A DNA stretch of 64,000 nucleotides, from positions 31,373-95,372 of the forward strand of contig JAKAGM010000002.1 in NCBI GenBank assembly GCA_021815445.1, written 5' to 3'. The position numbers and the translations under genes are program-made. Source of the DNA: a bacterium (lineage in GTDB: Bacteria; Patescibacteriota; Patescibacteriia; UBA10025). The stretch's first letter is position 1, and each line of letters opens with the position of its first letter. The notes under the pieces are model-generated. The model saw only the letters and a program-made list of their open reading frames with translations, was not told where the DNA came from and searched no databases. Of the stretch, positions 38,269 to 46,484 are shown one piece after another.

Positions 38269-39294
38269 TCATTCAGAAATCAGTTCGAGCGTTTTTACCA
38301 GGTTATTGCCATAGTAAAAAAGGTATTGGTATCTGCCTTTGCCGGGAGGAGAAAAACAGCAGAGGCCGTTGGAGCCGCGTTTGGCATCCAGCTTTTGCTC
38401 GCCGCCGAAGATTTTACCAGCGGCATAATCGTAGACTTTTAAGGTGAGTGAGCCCTCGGATGGGAATGCGTTTGTCGTGGTAATGCTATACGCCAAGTCC
38501 TCGCTGCTGTCATCTAATCTCGAAATGCCGTAGGAGGCTGTCTGAGGCGGATCGTTTTTCTTGTGCGTGCCAAGCTCAATTGAGGCAAAATTATCGCTGT
38601 ATATGCGATCGTTCACTTTTTCGCCGCTGGCGCTGAAGCCTGCGTTAGCGCTGGTTCGGTTAGTGTTCGTGCCGGATCCGGCGATCTGCAGCGAATCAAG
38701 CAAATGGGTTACGATGCTTTTGTATTGCGTGACCCTGCTCGTAGGAACCGTCACTTCCATGAGCGCCCAGCTGGTCCTATTGTCTCCGGCGAAAAATATC
38801 AGGTAGCGGGAAAAAACGGTATATTGGTTGGCACCGGAAGTGACGTGTATTTCAGTCCGGGCGTCAGACTGATTTACACTTTCATTTGTCATGTCGGCGT
38901 TCGGGTTTTTATCAGCCCTGGCTTTGTCGTCAGCAACTATTTCAGCCATGCTCATTTTACTATCTACTACTCCTTTCTCGGATACTGACAGCACAACCGA
39001 ATCCGGGTTTGTAGAAAAATACATGATGCTATACCCATGGCGCTGTTCCTCAGGAATTGATTTTTGGACTTCTTCTGGAGTAACACTCGTCCATTCTTTC
39101 ACCATGTCAAAAACGTATAGTGAGTTGCTGGAATTGGTTTCATAAATGACATTCGGCGCCGAAACGTTAGCGTTGGACGCCGGCTGGTTTGTAACGTTGG
39201 CATTTGTGTTCGACCGCGTACCGAGCCAGTAGGCGCCGCCGGCTATGGCAAGCACGGCGAGTATGATGATTGTGATGACCACAGGTTTCTTCAT
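38269..39294 (-). CDS. Membrane-anchored surface protein with C-terminal CC-motif domain
   Basis: N-terminal TM, Asn-rich linker, GSNGLCCF. Confidence 0.7.
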   Translation of the reverse strand: MKKPVVITIIILAVLAIAGGAYWLGTRSNTNANVTNQPASNANVSAPNVIYETNSSNSLYVFDMVKEWTSVTPEEVQKSIPEEQRHGYSIMYFSTNPDSVVLSVSEKGVVDSKMSMAEIVADDKARADKNPNADMTNESVNQSDARTEIHVTSGANQYTVFSRYLIFFAGDNRTSWALMEVTVPTSRVTQYKSIVTHLLDSLQIAGSGTNTNRTSANAGFSASGEKVNDRIYSDNFASIELGTHKKNDPPQTASYGISRLDDSSEDLAYSITTTNAFPSEGSLTLKVYDYAAGKIFGGEQKLDAKRGSNGLCCFSPPGKGRYQYLFYYGNNLVKTLELISE

Positions 39295-39323
39295 ATGTGG
39301 TGTATTTGGTTAATCAATTTGCA

Positions 39324-39890
39324 CTATATTATTTTTCTATAAATTTGAACTAATCCGGCCATATTTTTCTTTGTCTCCTGTTTGCATGCCGGAAGAGTGA
39401 GAAGCGCGTACTTCTGGTTCATTTTTTCAATACAGTACTCTACCGATTTCTCCCAGGAAATGCCTCTGGATCCCAAGGCATGGAGAAAAATGAAACAGCC
39501 TTCGATTGTTAAGAATTTGTACCCCTCGGCATTTCTCATGATTTCAGATACCCGCGAGTGGGGCTTGGCACGGTCATGGTGTGTCCTGATGGCGTCGACG
39601 ATAATTATACGTTCGTTGTCAGCGACCTTCCATTTTCGCAAGTATCTGTCTGCAAGCGCGGCACTTAAGCGCGGATGATTTTCCATCTCGTAACTATGCC
39701 GCTTCGTGTGAAATACGACGTGAGCCAGATAGAGCGCGGCGACAACGAGGTGTCCGTTAGCATGATATTGTCGCGCGAGCTTTTTTCCCATGACGGCGGC
39801 AAGTTCGGTCAGTCCCCAAGCCGGAGCGCCATTTTTCTGAGTTTGGCGCTGCATGAGGGCGCGGGATTTAGAGATAATGTTACTTTTCAT
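39324..39890 (-). CDS. HD-domain-like protein (degenerate)
   Basis: AALYLAH in place of AALLHD, H..LSA, AIRTHH, NAE in place of DAD. Confidence 0.6.
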   Translation of the reverse strand: MKSNIISKSRALMQRQTQKNGAPAWGLTELAAVMGKKLARQYHANGHLVVAALYLAHVVFHTKRHSYEMENHPRLSAALADRYLRKWKVADNERIIIVDAIRTHHDRAKPHSRVSEIMRNAEGYKFLTIEGCFIFLHALGSRGISWEKSVEYCIEKMNQKYALLTLPACKQETKKNMAGLVQIYRKII

Positions 39891-40429
39891 TCTTTGTCTT
39901 TTTTTTCAATAATTTCCACGCCCCCTTAGGCACCAAACTGCGCCAGTTGCCGTCAGGCCATTCTTTATCCAAAATACTACCCGATACCCCTTCTAACGGT
40001 TCGACAAAGTCAACTGTCCATCCGTTTTCTTCGTATTTTTTTACTTTAAAATAATGATGGTAATCTTTCGCCGCAAGCACGATAACAGCCCCCGGGGGGG
40101 ATAAAGTCCTTCCAGTTTACTGTTTCATAATAAGCGAAGTGCGGCGCAATATGTACGCGACTCATATCGACACCGTGCTGCTGCAGGGAATTCCAGACCA
40201 TTTCATACCGCTCAAAGTATGTGTACGGATTATTTTTAGGATCTCGCGCTCGTTTCACACTTTGTTGCAAGTCAGCTTCAAGCTTCTCAAAATCCTGCGG
40301 AAGCTGTCTCAGCGGGTTGGCAATACCAATCCACAGCTCATCGTATTTTTCGAGTATTTTGAGAAACGTATTGAAATGCCCGTTATGCAAAGGCTGAAAC
40401 CTTCCGTGGTTGTATCCGATAGTTTTCAT
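39880..40429 (-). pseudogene. Nucleotidyltransferase (NadM/cytidylyltransferase family), frameshifted
   Basis: GRFQPLHNGH, NPYTY.ERY; one extra base in the homopolymer tract at 40089-40100 separates the C-terminus (VSGS...WRSLVP). Confidence 0.82.
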
Positions 40430-40475
40430 ATCAATGAGACTGGTTAATGACAGTTTGATTCCTACTTTCTTTGTC

Positions 40476-40501
40476 TCGCGCAGGCTCAGAGGCCTGCGTT
40501 C
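40476..40501. repeat. REP-like palindrome
   Basis: CGCAGGC-TCAGAG-GCCTGCG. Confidence 0.55.
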
Positions 40502-40516
40502 TTTATATCTTTTACT

Positions 40517-40932
40517 TGTCATTGCGATCCCGCATAGCGGGAGAAGCAATCTCATACTGTGTCATCATCATACCACCCATCGCTTAGGTCTTTCCAATCT
40601 GGATTGATGCTATTTACCAAATCAATCTTCTTTTTTCGCGATCCGGCTTTTATTTGTTTTTCTCTGTAAATTGCATCATCGATATATTCGAATTCCTCAT
40701 AGTAAACAAGTTTCGTGAGATTGTACCTTTTTGTAAAGCCTTCGATTTCTTTCTTTTTATGCTGCAGGACACGTACCTCAAGTCCACCCGTTACCCCAGT
40801 ATAGAGTGTTGTATTTCCTTTATTGGTCATGATGTAGACGCAGTAGCTCTGTTCTTCACGCATAACAAAGTAAGAGATTGCTTCGTCGCCCCCCGCCTTT
40901 CGCGAAAGGCGGGGGTGCTCCTCGCAATGACA
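40517..40932. mobile_element. Putative GIY-YIG mini-element bounded by inverted palindromic repeats
   Basis: Left TGTCATTGCGA...GAAGCAATCTC (40517-40553), right GAGATTGCTTC...TCGCAATGACA (40874-40932), enclosing only the nuclease gene. Confidence 0.7.
40552..40863 (-). CDS. GIY-YIG nuclease (UPF0213/YhbQ-like)
   Basis: YCVYIM..LYTGVT..L..RV.QH, GFT.RY, LVYYE, AI.REKQIK, NPDW.DL. Confidence 0.93.
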   Translation of the reverse strand: MREEQSYCVYIMTNKGNTTLYTGVTGGLEVRVLQHKKKEIEGFTKRYNLTKLVYYEEFEYIDDAIYREKQIKAGSRKKKIDLVNSINPDWKDLSDGWYDDDTV

Positions 40933-40980
40933 CGAATAATGAACGAACTATAAAAGCTCCTGTACCCTGCTCACCACCCG

Positions 40981-41283
40981 TTATCCCATTTTAAGTTTTT
41001 TCTGATCATCCTCGACTATTTTCATCAGCACTTTCTCGATATCCAGGCCGCGAAGGTCGGCGAGACGGATGGTTTGCAGTAAAATATCACCAATGGCATT
41101 TTCAACTTCGGCATCGCTATACCTGTCCTTTCGGGCCTTTTGGTCAACATACTGACTTGCCAGCTCGCCGACTTCTTCAACGAGGTGAGTAAATGCTAGT
41201 TGTTCGTCATAGGTGACGTTTCTTTTTTTATCCCATGCCTCAAACAAGTCGACGACGTTCTTTTGGAGTTCTCGCACTTCCAT
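40981..41283 (-). CDS. MazG-like nucleotide pyrophosphohydrolase
   Basis: LVEEVGELA...E.AIGD. Confidence 0.85.
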   Translation of the reverse strand: MEVRELQKNVVDLFEAWDKKRNVTYDEQLAFTHLVEEVGELASQYVDQKARKDRYSDAEVENAIGDILLQTIRLADLRGLDIEKVLMKIVEDDQKKLKMG

Positions 41284-41298
41284 AGAAAAAAAAGTTTG

Positions 41299-41490
41299 TT
41301 AATAAATAGTTTGCACCCTTCCCACCTCGCCTGTCTCAAGCCGCACTTTAATGCCATGCGGATGGGTGGGGGAGCTCGTTAAAATATCTTGAACAACACC
41401 CTCGGTCAAAGTACCAGTACGCTGGTCCTGTTTTTGGACTATCGCTACGCGCAGACCCGGGTAAATGTTTTTTCGGAGTTGGCCGTCCAT
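41299..41490 (-). CDS. YwbE/DUF2196 family protein
   Basis: KQDQRTG.LT.G.V.DILT.S..HPHGIKVRL..G.VGRV; TTGATT-17 nt-TAGGAT ending 6 nt before ATG. Confidence 0.92.
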   Translation of the reverse strand: MDGQLRKNIYPGLRVAIVQKQDQRTGTLTEGVVQDILTSSPTHPHGIKVRLETGEVGRVQTIY

Positions 41491-41526
41491 GTATGAATCC
41501 TACGCTTTTAACGGGGGAAAATCAAT

Positions 41527-41564
41527 AAAAAAGGCGCCCCCCTCTCGGCCCAGAAGGGGACGTT
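41527..41564 (-). terminator. Rho-independent terminator
   Basis: Minus-strand GC-rich hairpin followed by TTTTTT. Confidence 0.7.
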
Positions 41565-41765
41565 TCCGCACTGTAAAAATTGGTGGACGTGGCATACTGA
41601 GGGCTCGCCGTGTTCCTTCGTCACGGGTAGAGTGCGGACCTACTCCGCAGAAGTATAACTTTTACCCTCTTGTGTTCGGCGATGTCCACCGACGACAGCC
41701 TCCTTTTCGCGGTCCTCCAGAAGGTTAAGAGTGAAAGAGCGCCGCCTCCGTTAAACTTATGAGGC
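41527..41765 (-). ncRNA. Candidate small structured transcript (ncRNA or mRNA for a 22-aa peptide)
   Basis: Bounded by an upstream terminator, TATACT (-10, 41772-41777) and its own terminator; nested stems GGTGGAC/GTCCACC, TCGCCG/CGGCGA, GGGTA/TACCC, TGCGGA/TCCGCA. Confidence 0.5.
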
Positions 41766-41822
41766 ATAGGAAGTATAAAGGAAATACAGATAAAAATAAA
41801 ATAGTGGAAAAATGCAGAAAAC

Positions 41823-41854
41823 AAAAAAATCCCCGCACCAACTTGGTGAGGGGG
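41823..41854 (-). terminator. Rho-independent terminator
   Basis: CCCC-T-CACCA-AGT-TGGTG-C-GGGG then ATTTTTTT. Confidence 0.7.
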
Positions 41855-41871
41855 CGTTCTTTCCTGGAGCA

Positions 41872-42357
41872 TCAGCCCGGCACTTGGCCGAAGTCTTCCG
41901 GCCTCATGCCTTTTAGAAGATTCTTGAGCGTCTCGCCGTCAATCTGGTGGGGCTTGGGATCGTCCGGCGTTATTTCCTGGAAAAGCTCAGGATTGGCGAA
42001 TATCTCGACCTTGGCCTTGAGCGCCAATGCCACGGCGTCAGAAGGTCGCGCATCGATCAGAACGGTTTCCCCGCCGGTCGCGATATGGATCTTGGCAAAG
42101 TATGTATGTTCCTTGAGCTCTGTGATTTCAACCCGGGTGATCATTCCTCCCAGTCTGAGGATCATTTGGTGCAGTAGCTCGTGGGTCAGCGGACGCTGGG
42201 AGCGCGCTCCCGAAAGCTCAATGGCAATTGCCCAGGCCTCATATTGCCCGATCCAGATCGGCAACAGAGGTGTATCCTGATTGTCTTGGGCAAGTATCAA
42301 GACCGGAGACCGGGATTCGACATCAAGCGCCATCCCTTTAACTTTTACTTTAACCAT
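41872..42357 (-). CDS. Bifunctional nuclease family (DUF151/BFN)
   Basis: LPIWIG.YEA.AI, RPLTHEL, IDARPSDAVALAL; GGGAGG SD before ATG 42357. Confidence 0.93.
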   Translation of the reverse strand: MVKVKVKGMALDVESRSPVLILAQDNQDTPLLPIWIGQYEAWAIAIELSGARSQRPLTHELLHQMILRLGGMITRVEITELKEHTYFAKIHIATGGETVLIDARPSDAVALALKAKVEIFANPELFQEITPDDPKPHQIDGETLKNLLKGMRPEDFGQVPG

Positions 42358-42415
42358 GTGCCACCCTCCCATTTATCCTAAGTCTAACGGTTGATTCATC
42401 TTATTTTCCGCAAAG

Positions 42416-42460
42416 CAAAGAACGAAGCTCTATCCTAGAATAGCCCGAATGCTTTGTCAA
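42416..42460 (-). promoter_or_regulatory. sigma70 promoter plus boxA-like motif
   Basis: TTGACA(42460-55)-17 nt-TAGGAT(42437-32); GTTCTTTG at 42423-42416. Confidence 0.65.
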
Positions 42461-42482
42461 TGGGACTTTTCTTGACACTGAA

Positions 42483-42537
42483 GGCGGAATTCAGAATCCC
42501 GCATACCTAAAAAACGGGCGGATTCTGAATCCGCCCT
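42483..42537. repeat. Inverted REP doublet (REPIN-like)
   Basis: GGCGGAATTCAGAATCCCGC ... GGGCGGATTCTGAATCCGCCC. Confidence 0.7.
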
Positions 42538-42580
42538 CATCTCGCGTCCGGCGGACTTAAAATGACGAAAAGATGCGCAA

Positions 42581-43126
42581 TTATTCCTCTTTCAAGTATT
42601 CTAAAAACTTTTTTCTCAACTTGGCCACTTTTGGATCAATCACAATCCGGCAATATGGCTTATCAGGATTGTTGGCGTAGTAGTCGCGGTGGTAGTCTTC
42701 GGCAGGATAGAACTTTTCAAACGGGACGATCTGCGTCACGATGGGCGCACCAAAAGTATTCTCGGCATCGAGGCGGTCAATAGTTTCCTCCGCCGCTTTT
42801 TGCTGTTCAGCATTATGGAAGAAAATGGCCGACCGGTACTGATCGCCGACATCGTTGCCCTGGCGGTTCATCGTCGTAGGGTCGTGCGTGGCGAAAAAGA
42901 CATCAAGCAGGCGTTCATACGGGATGATCGTCGGATCGTATTCGAGCCGGATGACTTCAGCGTGACCGGTGTGACCGCTTGACACCTGTTCGTATGACGG
43001 ATTATCTATCATACCGCCGGAGTATCCCGATGTTACATTCGTAACGCCTTTTAAACGCGTAAAGACAGCTTCTGAGCACCAGAAACAGCCAGAACCAAAT
43101 GTGGCTATTTTAGTTGACAGGGTCAT
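42581..43126 (-). CDS. msrA: Peptide-methionine (S)-S-oxide reductase
   Basis: GCFWC, GY.GG, GHAE, HDPT..NRQGNDVG.QYRS, AEDYH. Confidence 0.96.
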   Translation of the reverse strand: MTLSTKIATFGSGCFWCSEAVFTRLKGVTNVTSGYSGGMIDNPSYEQVSSGHTGHAEVIRLEYDPTIIPYERLLDVFFATHDPTTMNRQGNDVGDQYRSAIFFHNAEQQKAAEETIDRLDAENTFGAPIVTQIVPFEKFYPAEDYHRDYYANNPDKPYCRIVIDPKVAKLRKKFLEYLKEE

Positions 43127-43196
43127 TTTCTGAGTGATTTGCTCGCGCGTTTTTTAAAGCTTCATTAAATCTCCAACTTGGGGTATTCGTTGTCAC

Positions 43197-43511
43197 TCAG
43201 TGGGTGGCCGCGATGATGCTGAGGGCGGCGACAGTGAAAATGGTCAGCCAGCAGACAGTGTACATCACGAAAAGAACGGCATCCTTTTTTTGTCCTTCAA
43301 GGTACATATAGACCGGCCTGCCAAAGATGAGGAGTCCGACGATGGCGGCAGAGAGGACAAAAAGCATCAGGATTGTCGCCGGTCCAAAAAAGTTGTTCAT
43401 TTTTCCAAAAATACTCTCGGCATTGAACATCAGCGATGCAACGAGCATGCTGTATACCGCAACGCCGAGTGCGTGGAGAAGACTATGTAAGGCGAGCTTC
43501 GATGGTTTCAT
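43197..43511 (-). CDS. Hypothetical 3-TM protein
   Basis: Three hydrophobic helices; co-oriented. Confidence 0.75.
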   Translation of the reverse strand: MKPSKLALHSLLHALGVAVYSMLVASLMFNAESIFGKMNNFFGPATILMLFVLSAAIVGLLIFGRPVYMYLEGQKKDAVLFVMYTVCWLTIFTVAALSIIAATH

Positions 43512-43554
43512 GGGGGTAGTAGTGAGTTGTTAGTATCTAGTACCGAGCGAACAA

Positions 43555-43944
43555 TTACTGCATATCATTCTCCACGTACTCTTTCAACGGGCCGAGATAG
43601 TAATCGCGCCATCCGTCATCAATATCTTTCAGTTCATCTTTGGGTACTCCCGTGTGGTGTAGTACCAGTTGAGTCCCGGCTTTCTCTTTATTGAGAGTGA
43701 ATGTCACTATTGACGGTTTCGCCCATTCACCGCTCATCCATTCTTGCACCAGTCGCTTGTTTTTCACCACCTCAACATTTTCCCCCCAAATATCGCCTCC
43801 CCACAATGAGAACTTGGAGCCAACTTTTGCACTCATCTTCGCCGGCCCGCCGCCCCACGCCTCAATGTCTTTAGGAACAGTCAATGCCTGCCATACTTTT
43901 TCGATTCGGGCCTTGATATGGTAGCTTTGGTGGATCGGTTTCAT
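43555..43944 (-). CDS. SRPBCC/AHSA1 domain protein
   Basis: VWQALT, G.KFSLWGG, LVQEW, GW..YY..PLK; start MKPIHQ. Confidence 0.88.
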   Translation of the reverse strand: MKPIHQSYHIKARIEKVWQALTVPKDIEAWGGGPAKMSAKVGSKFSLWGGDIWGENVEVVKNKRLVQEWMSGEWAKPSIVTFTLNKEKAGTQLVLHHTGVPKDELKDIDDGWRDYYLGPLKEYVENDMQ

Positions 43945-44132
43945 ATAAACTAATGACAGTATATCACCATTATTTTTTGCGTACAGGATGCCCATGTATT
44001 GACACACCCTTCCCGTGCTGACGTAATGTATGATGCTGAAAATCGCAGGACGGGCCCGCTTCGCCGGTGCGAAGCGGGGCGAGATACAAGCATCACCTAT
44101 GAGTCAAGCCTCACTCGGTTTTCAGCTAGGTT

Positions 44133-44181
44133 GAGATTTCTTAACTTCTTCTCGCTATGCTCGGTGTCGATCGAAATGACA
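44133..44181. repeat. Degenerate TGTCA-type REP-like element
   Basis: GAGATTTCT...TCGCTATGCTCG...TCGAAATGACA, same end architecture as 40874-40932. Confidence 0.6.
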
Positions 44182-44189
44182 ATGTTGGG

Positions 44190-45392
44190 TTATGCCGGCA
44201 CTGGCTTTTTTCTGTAGCTCAGGAAAATCACCAAGGCGACAACCGCCATTGCGCTGCCAAGCCAAAAAGCAAGACTTGGAGACGTGTGCCAGAGGACGCC
44301 CGCTGTCAGTGAAGCGACGAAAGCGCCGAGGCCGACGATAGTCTGTTGGAGACCAAAGGCCGTGCCGGAAATTTCAGACCCGACCATCGAAGCGATATAC
44401 GATTTGCTCACGCCGTCAGTGAGCGCCATATAGAACCCGTAGACGGGAAAGATGAACCACAGCCAGAACGACTGGTGGGTGATTGCCAGCGCGGCGTAGA
44501 CGACTGCGAAAAGCCCGAAACCGATTGCCAAAATCTTTTTAGGGCCGATTTTATCGCTCCACGCGCCGGCCGGGTACGAAAGGGCCGAGTAGGTGATGTT
44601 AAAGAGGACATACGCAGCCACAGCCGCGATAGTGGTCAGGCCAAGATTCTTTGCACGCAGGATCAGGAAGGCGTCAGAGCTATTACCGATTGCAAAAACG
44701 CCGCTGACAACCATGAACACTTTGAGGTAGGGGTCGAAATGTTTTACATCACTTAGGTGAATTTCGCGGTGGAGCTTGCTCGCCGCAGGACGGGCTTCCT
44801 TGACCAAAAGGATCAGCACGACAACGCCTACAGCGGCGGGGATAGCGGCAATGTAGAAAATGGTTGAGTAGCTGTCCTTAAAAACCGCGAGCAAGAGTAA
44901 GGCAAGAAGCGGGCCGATAACGGCGCCGGCGCTGTCCAGCGTTCGGGTCAAACCAAAAGCCCTGCCGCGTATCTCGGGCGTGACACTTTCAACAATGAGC
45001 GCATCCCTTGCCGCGACTCGAGAACCTTTACCGAATCTGTCCAAAAAGCGCGCGAACAATACCAGAGGCCATGTGGTGGCCAGCCCCATGATCACTTTCG
45101 AAATCGTTGAAACCGAGTAGCCGACGACAACCAGCGGTTTGCGCCTGCGGATCTTGTCCGACAGCCAGCCGGAAAAAACTTTTACGATGCTCGAGGTTGA
45201 TTCCGCGAGCCCCTCGATGAGTCCCACAATAGCCACCGGCGCGCCAAGTACACTCGTCAAAAAAATCGGGATGATGGGGTAGATGGTTTCGGATGCAATA
45301 TCATTAAAAAAGCTGACAAATCCCATTGCCCAGACGTTTTTAGGCAGGCGAGGTTTATCCTGCATATTCACTTGTTGCGGGGAATCAGGCAC
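44190..45392 (-). CDS. MFS transporter
   Basis: GWLSDKIRRRKP, RFLDRFGKG.R.AARDA, G.WSDKIG; 12 TM. Confidence 0.93.
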   Translation of the reverse strand: MPDSPQQVNMQDKPRLPKNVWAMGFVSFFNDIASETIYPIIPIFLTSVLGAPVAIVGLIEGLAESTSSIVKVFSGWLSDKIRRRKPLVVVGYSVSTISKVIMGLATTWPLVLFARFLDRFGKGSRVAARDALIVESVTPEIRGRAFGLTRTLDSAGAVIGPLLALLLLAVFKDSYSTIFYIAAIPAAVGVVVLILLVKEARPAASKLHREIHLSDVKHFDPYLKVFMVVSGVFAIGNSSDAFLILRAKNLGLTTIAAVAAYVLFNITYSALSYPAGAWSDKIGPKKILAIGFGLFAVVYAALAITHQSFWLWFIFPVYGFYMALTDGVSKSYIASMVGSEISGTAFGLQQTIVGLGAFVASLTAGVLWHTSPSLAFWLGSAMAVVALVIFLSYRKKPVPA

Positions 45393-45474
45393 GGTCGCTA
45401 TGACATTAAACGGGTATTGACTCTATCGCATTGATACACCGCCAGTGTAGCATTTTTTTACTTCTTTCAAAACC

Positions 45475-45506
45475 AAAAACGCCCCATCATCTTGACGGAG
45501 CGTTTT
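45475..45506. terminator. Probable bidirectional terminator
   Basis: AAAAACGC...GCGTTTTT hairpin with A/T tails. Confidence 0.55.
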
Positions 45507-45527
45507 TGAATAGTTACTTGTGGGTAC

Positions 45528-45848
45528 TTAGGACTTTTGGAACTCGCCTAAGTGTTTTCCTAACTCAAAAGCCATTTTCTTTATTGCAGTCATGATGTCT
45601 TCTCTCTGCTCGAAATCAGGTTCACTCTTAACTAACCTCTCTAGCGCGGTTAACTTCGCTTCATAGTCAACCTTATTCTCATCTGTTAGTGACATTGCCG
45701 CAAGCGCAGTATCCAGTTCCCGCGCAAGCTCGTTGAGATCGGAATTCAACTCATTCCAGTTTTTTGTTTCCGCGTCATGCATGCAGTGGCTGATTTCCGC
45801 TTCGACGCGGTTTGCGCCGGGGCTAAATTCGTCTTCTGGGGTTGGCAT
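45528..45848 (-). CDS. Hypothetical acidic helical protein
   Basis: 106-aa ORF, co-oriented, followed by a terminator. Confidence 0.65.
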   Translation of the reverse strand: MPTPEDEFSPGANRVEAEISHCMHDAETKNWNELNSDLNELARELDTALAAMSLTDENKVDYEAKLTALERLVKSEPDFEQREDIMTAIKKMAFELGKHLGEFQKS

Positions 45849-45922
45849 AGTATATCTTTACCGGTTAGTTAATGAAATTTTACTCTTAAAAAACAATAAG
45901 ATATTATGGAATCCTATCACAT

Positions 45923-46435
45923 TTATCTTATACTGTCAAGGTTCGGTTGCCTATTGGCAGTTCCAATAATACCCTGCGCCCACGCTGCTGCCCTTTCCAG
46001 TTCCCCCTGTTTCAGCGGGCCTTCTTTTCCAAGGACGAAAAATGTTTCAGCGGCTACGATTATCGCGCCTTTGCTTTTTAAAATAGAAGCGAGCCGTTTG
46101 GAAGCGTAACCAAAAAATTTTACGATAAAGCGTATAAAGCCCTGCTTGTTGTCCATCGGCATACCTGTATCAAAGGCTGCAGCGCGAACATTGCCCAACG
46201 CATGGGCGGGAATGGCATTTAAAAATTGTTGCATTGCCTGCGATGGGCGCCCGCCGTGGGTAGGGGAACCGACGATTAACACATCAGCTGATCGCAGATC
46301 AGCCGCTGAAGTTTCACTAACACGGAGTATCTTTACCTCGCCGACCAGACCCTTGGCAACCGCCTGCGCGACTTTCCCCGTGTTGCCATAGAGGGAGTCG
46401 TAGATGATGAGAGTTTTCATGGTTGTATTTCTCAT
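45923..46435 (-). CDS. Flavodoxin family protein
   Basis: YDSLYGNT, GSPTHG, AAFDT; start 46435 or 46420. Confidence 0.92.
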   Translation of the reverse strand: MRNTTMKTLIIYDSLYGNTGKVAQAVAKGLVGEVKILRVSETSAADLRSADVLIVGSPTHGGRPSQAMQQFLNAIPAHALGNVRAAAFDTGMPMDNKQGFIRFIVKFFGYASKRLASILKSKGAIIVAAETFFVLGKEGPLKQGELERAAAWAQGIIGTANRQPNLDSIR

Positions 46436-46484
46436 TCACTATATTCTAATTTAAACACAGAGTATTTGTATTCCTTGAGGCAGC

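Noticed and set aside
40430-40555. N-terminal extension of ORF 40046..40555
   Set aside because: It reads through palindromic repeats; the family motif starts at MKTIGYNHGRF (40429).
41581-41690. tmRNA or SRP RNA (minus strand ends in CCACCA; contains AGGTCCG and GAAGGAA)
   Set aside because: No T-arm (GTTCGA) before CCA, no GGGG 5' acceptor strand, and no SRP domain IV GNRA loop with the CAGG/AGCA pairing; kept only as an unassigned transcript.
45393-45450. Fluoride or other riboswitch upstream of the MFS gene
   Set aside because: Only a vague GCGATAGAGTC resemblance; the conserved pairing and pseudoknot elements are missing.
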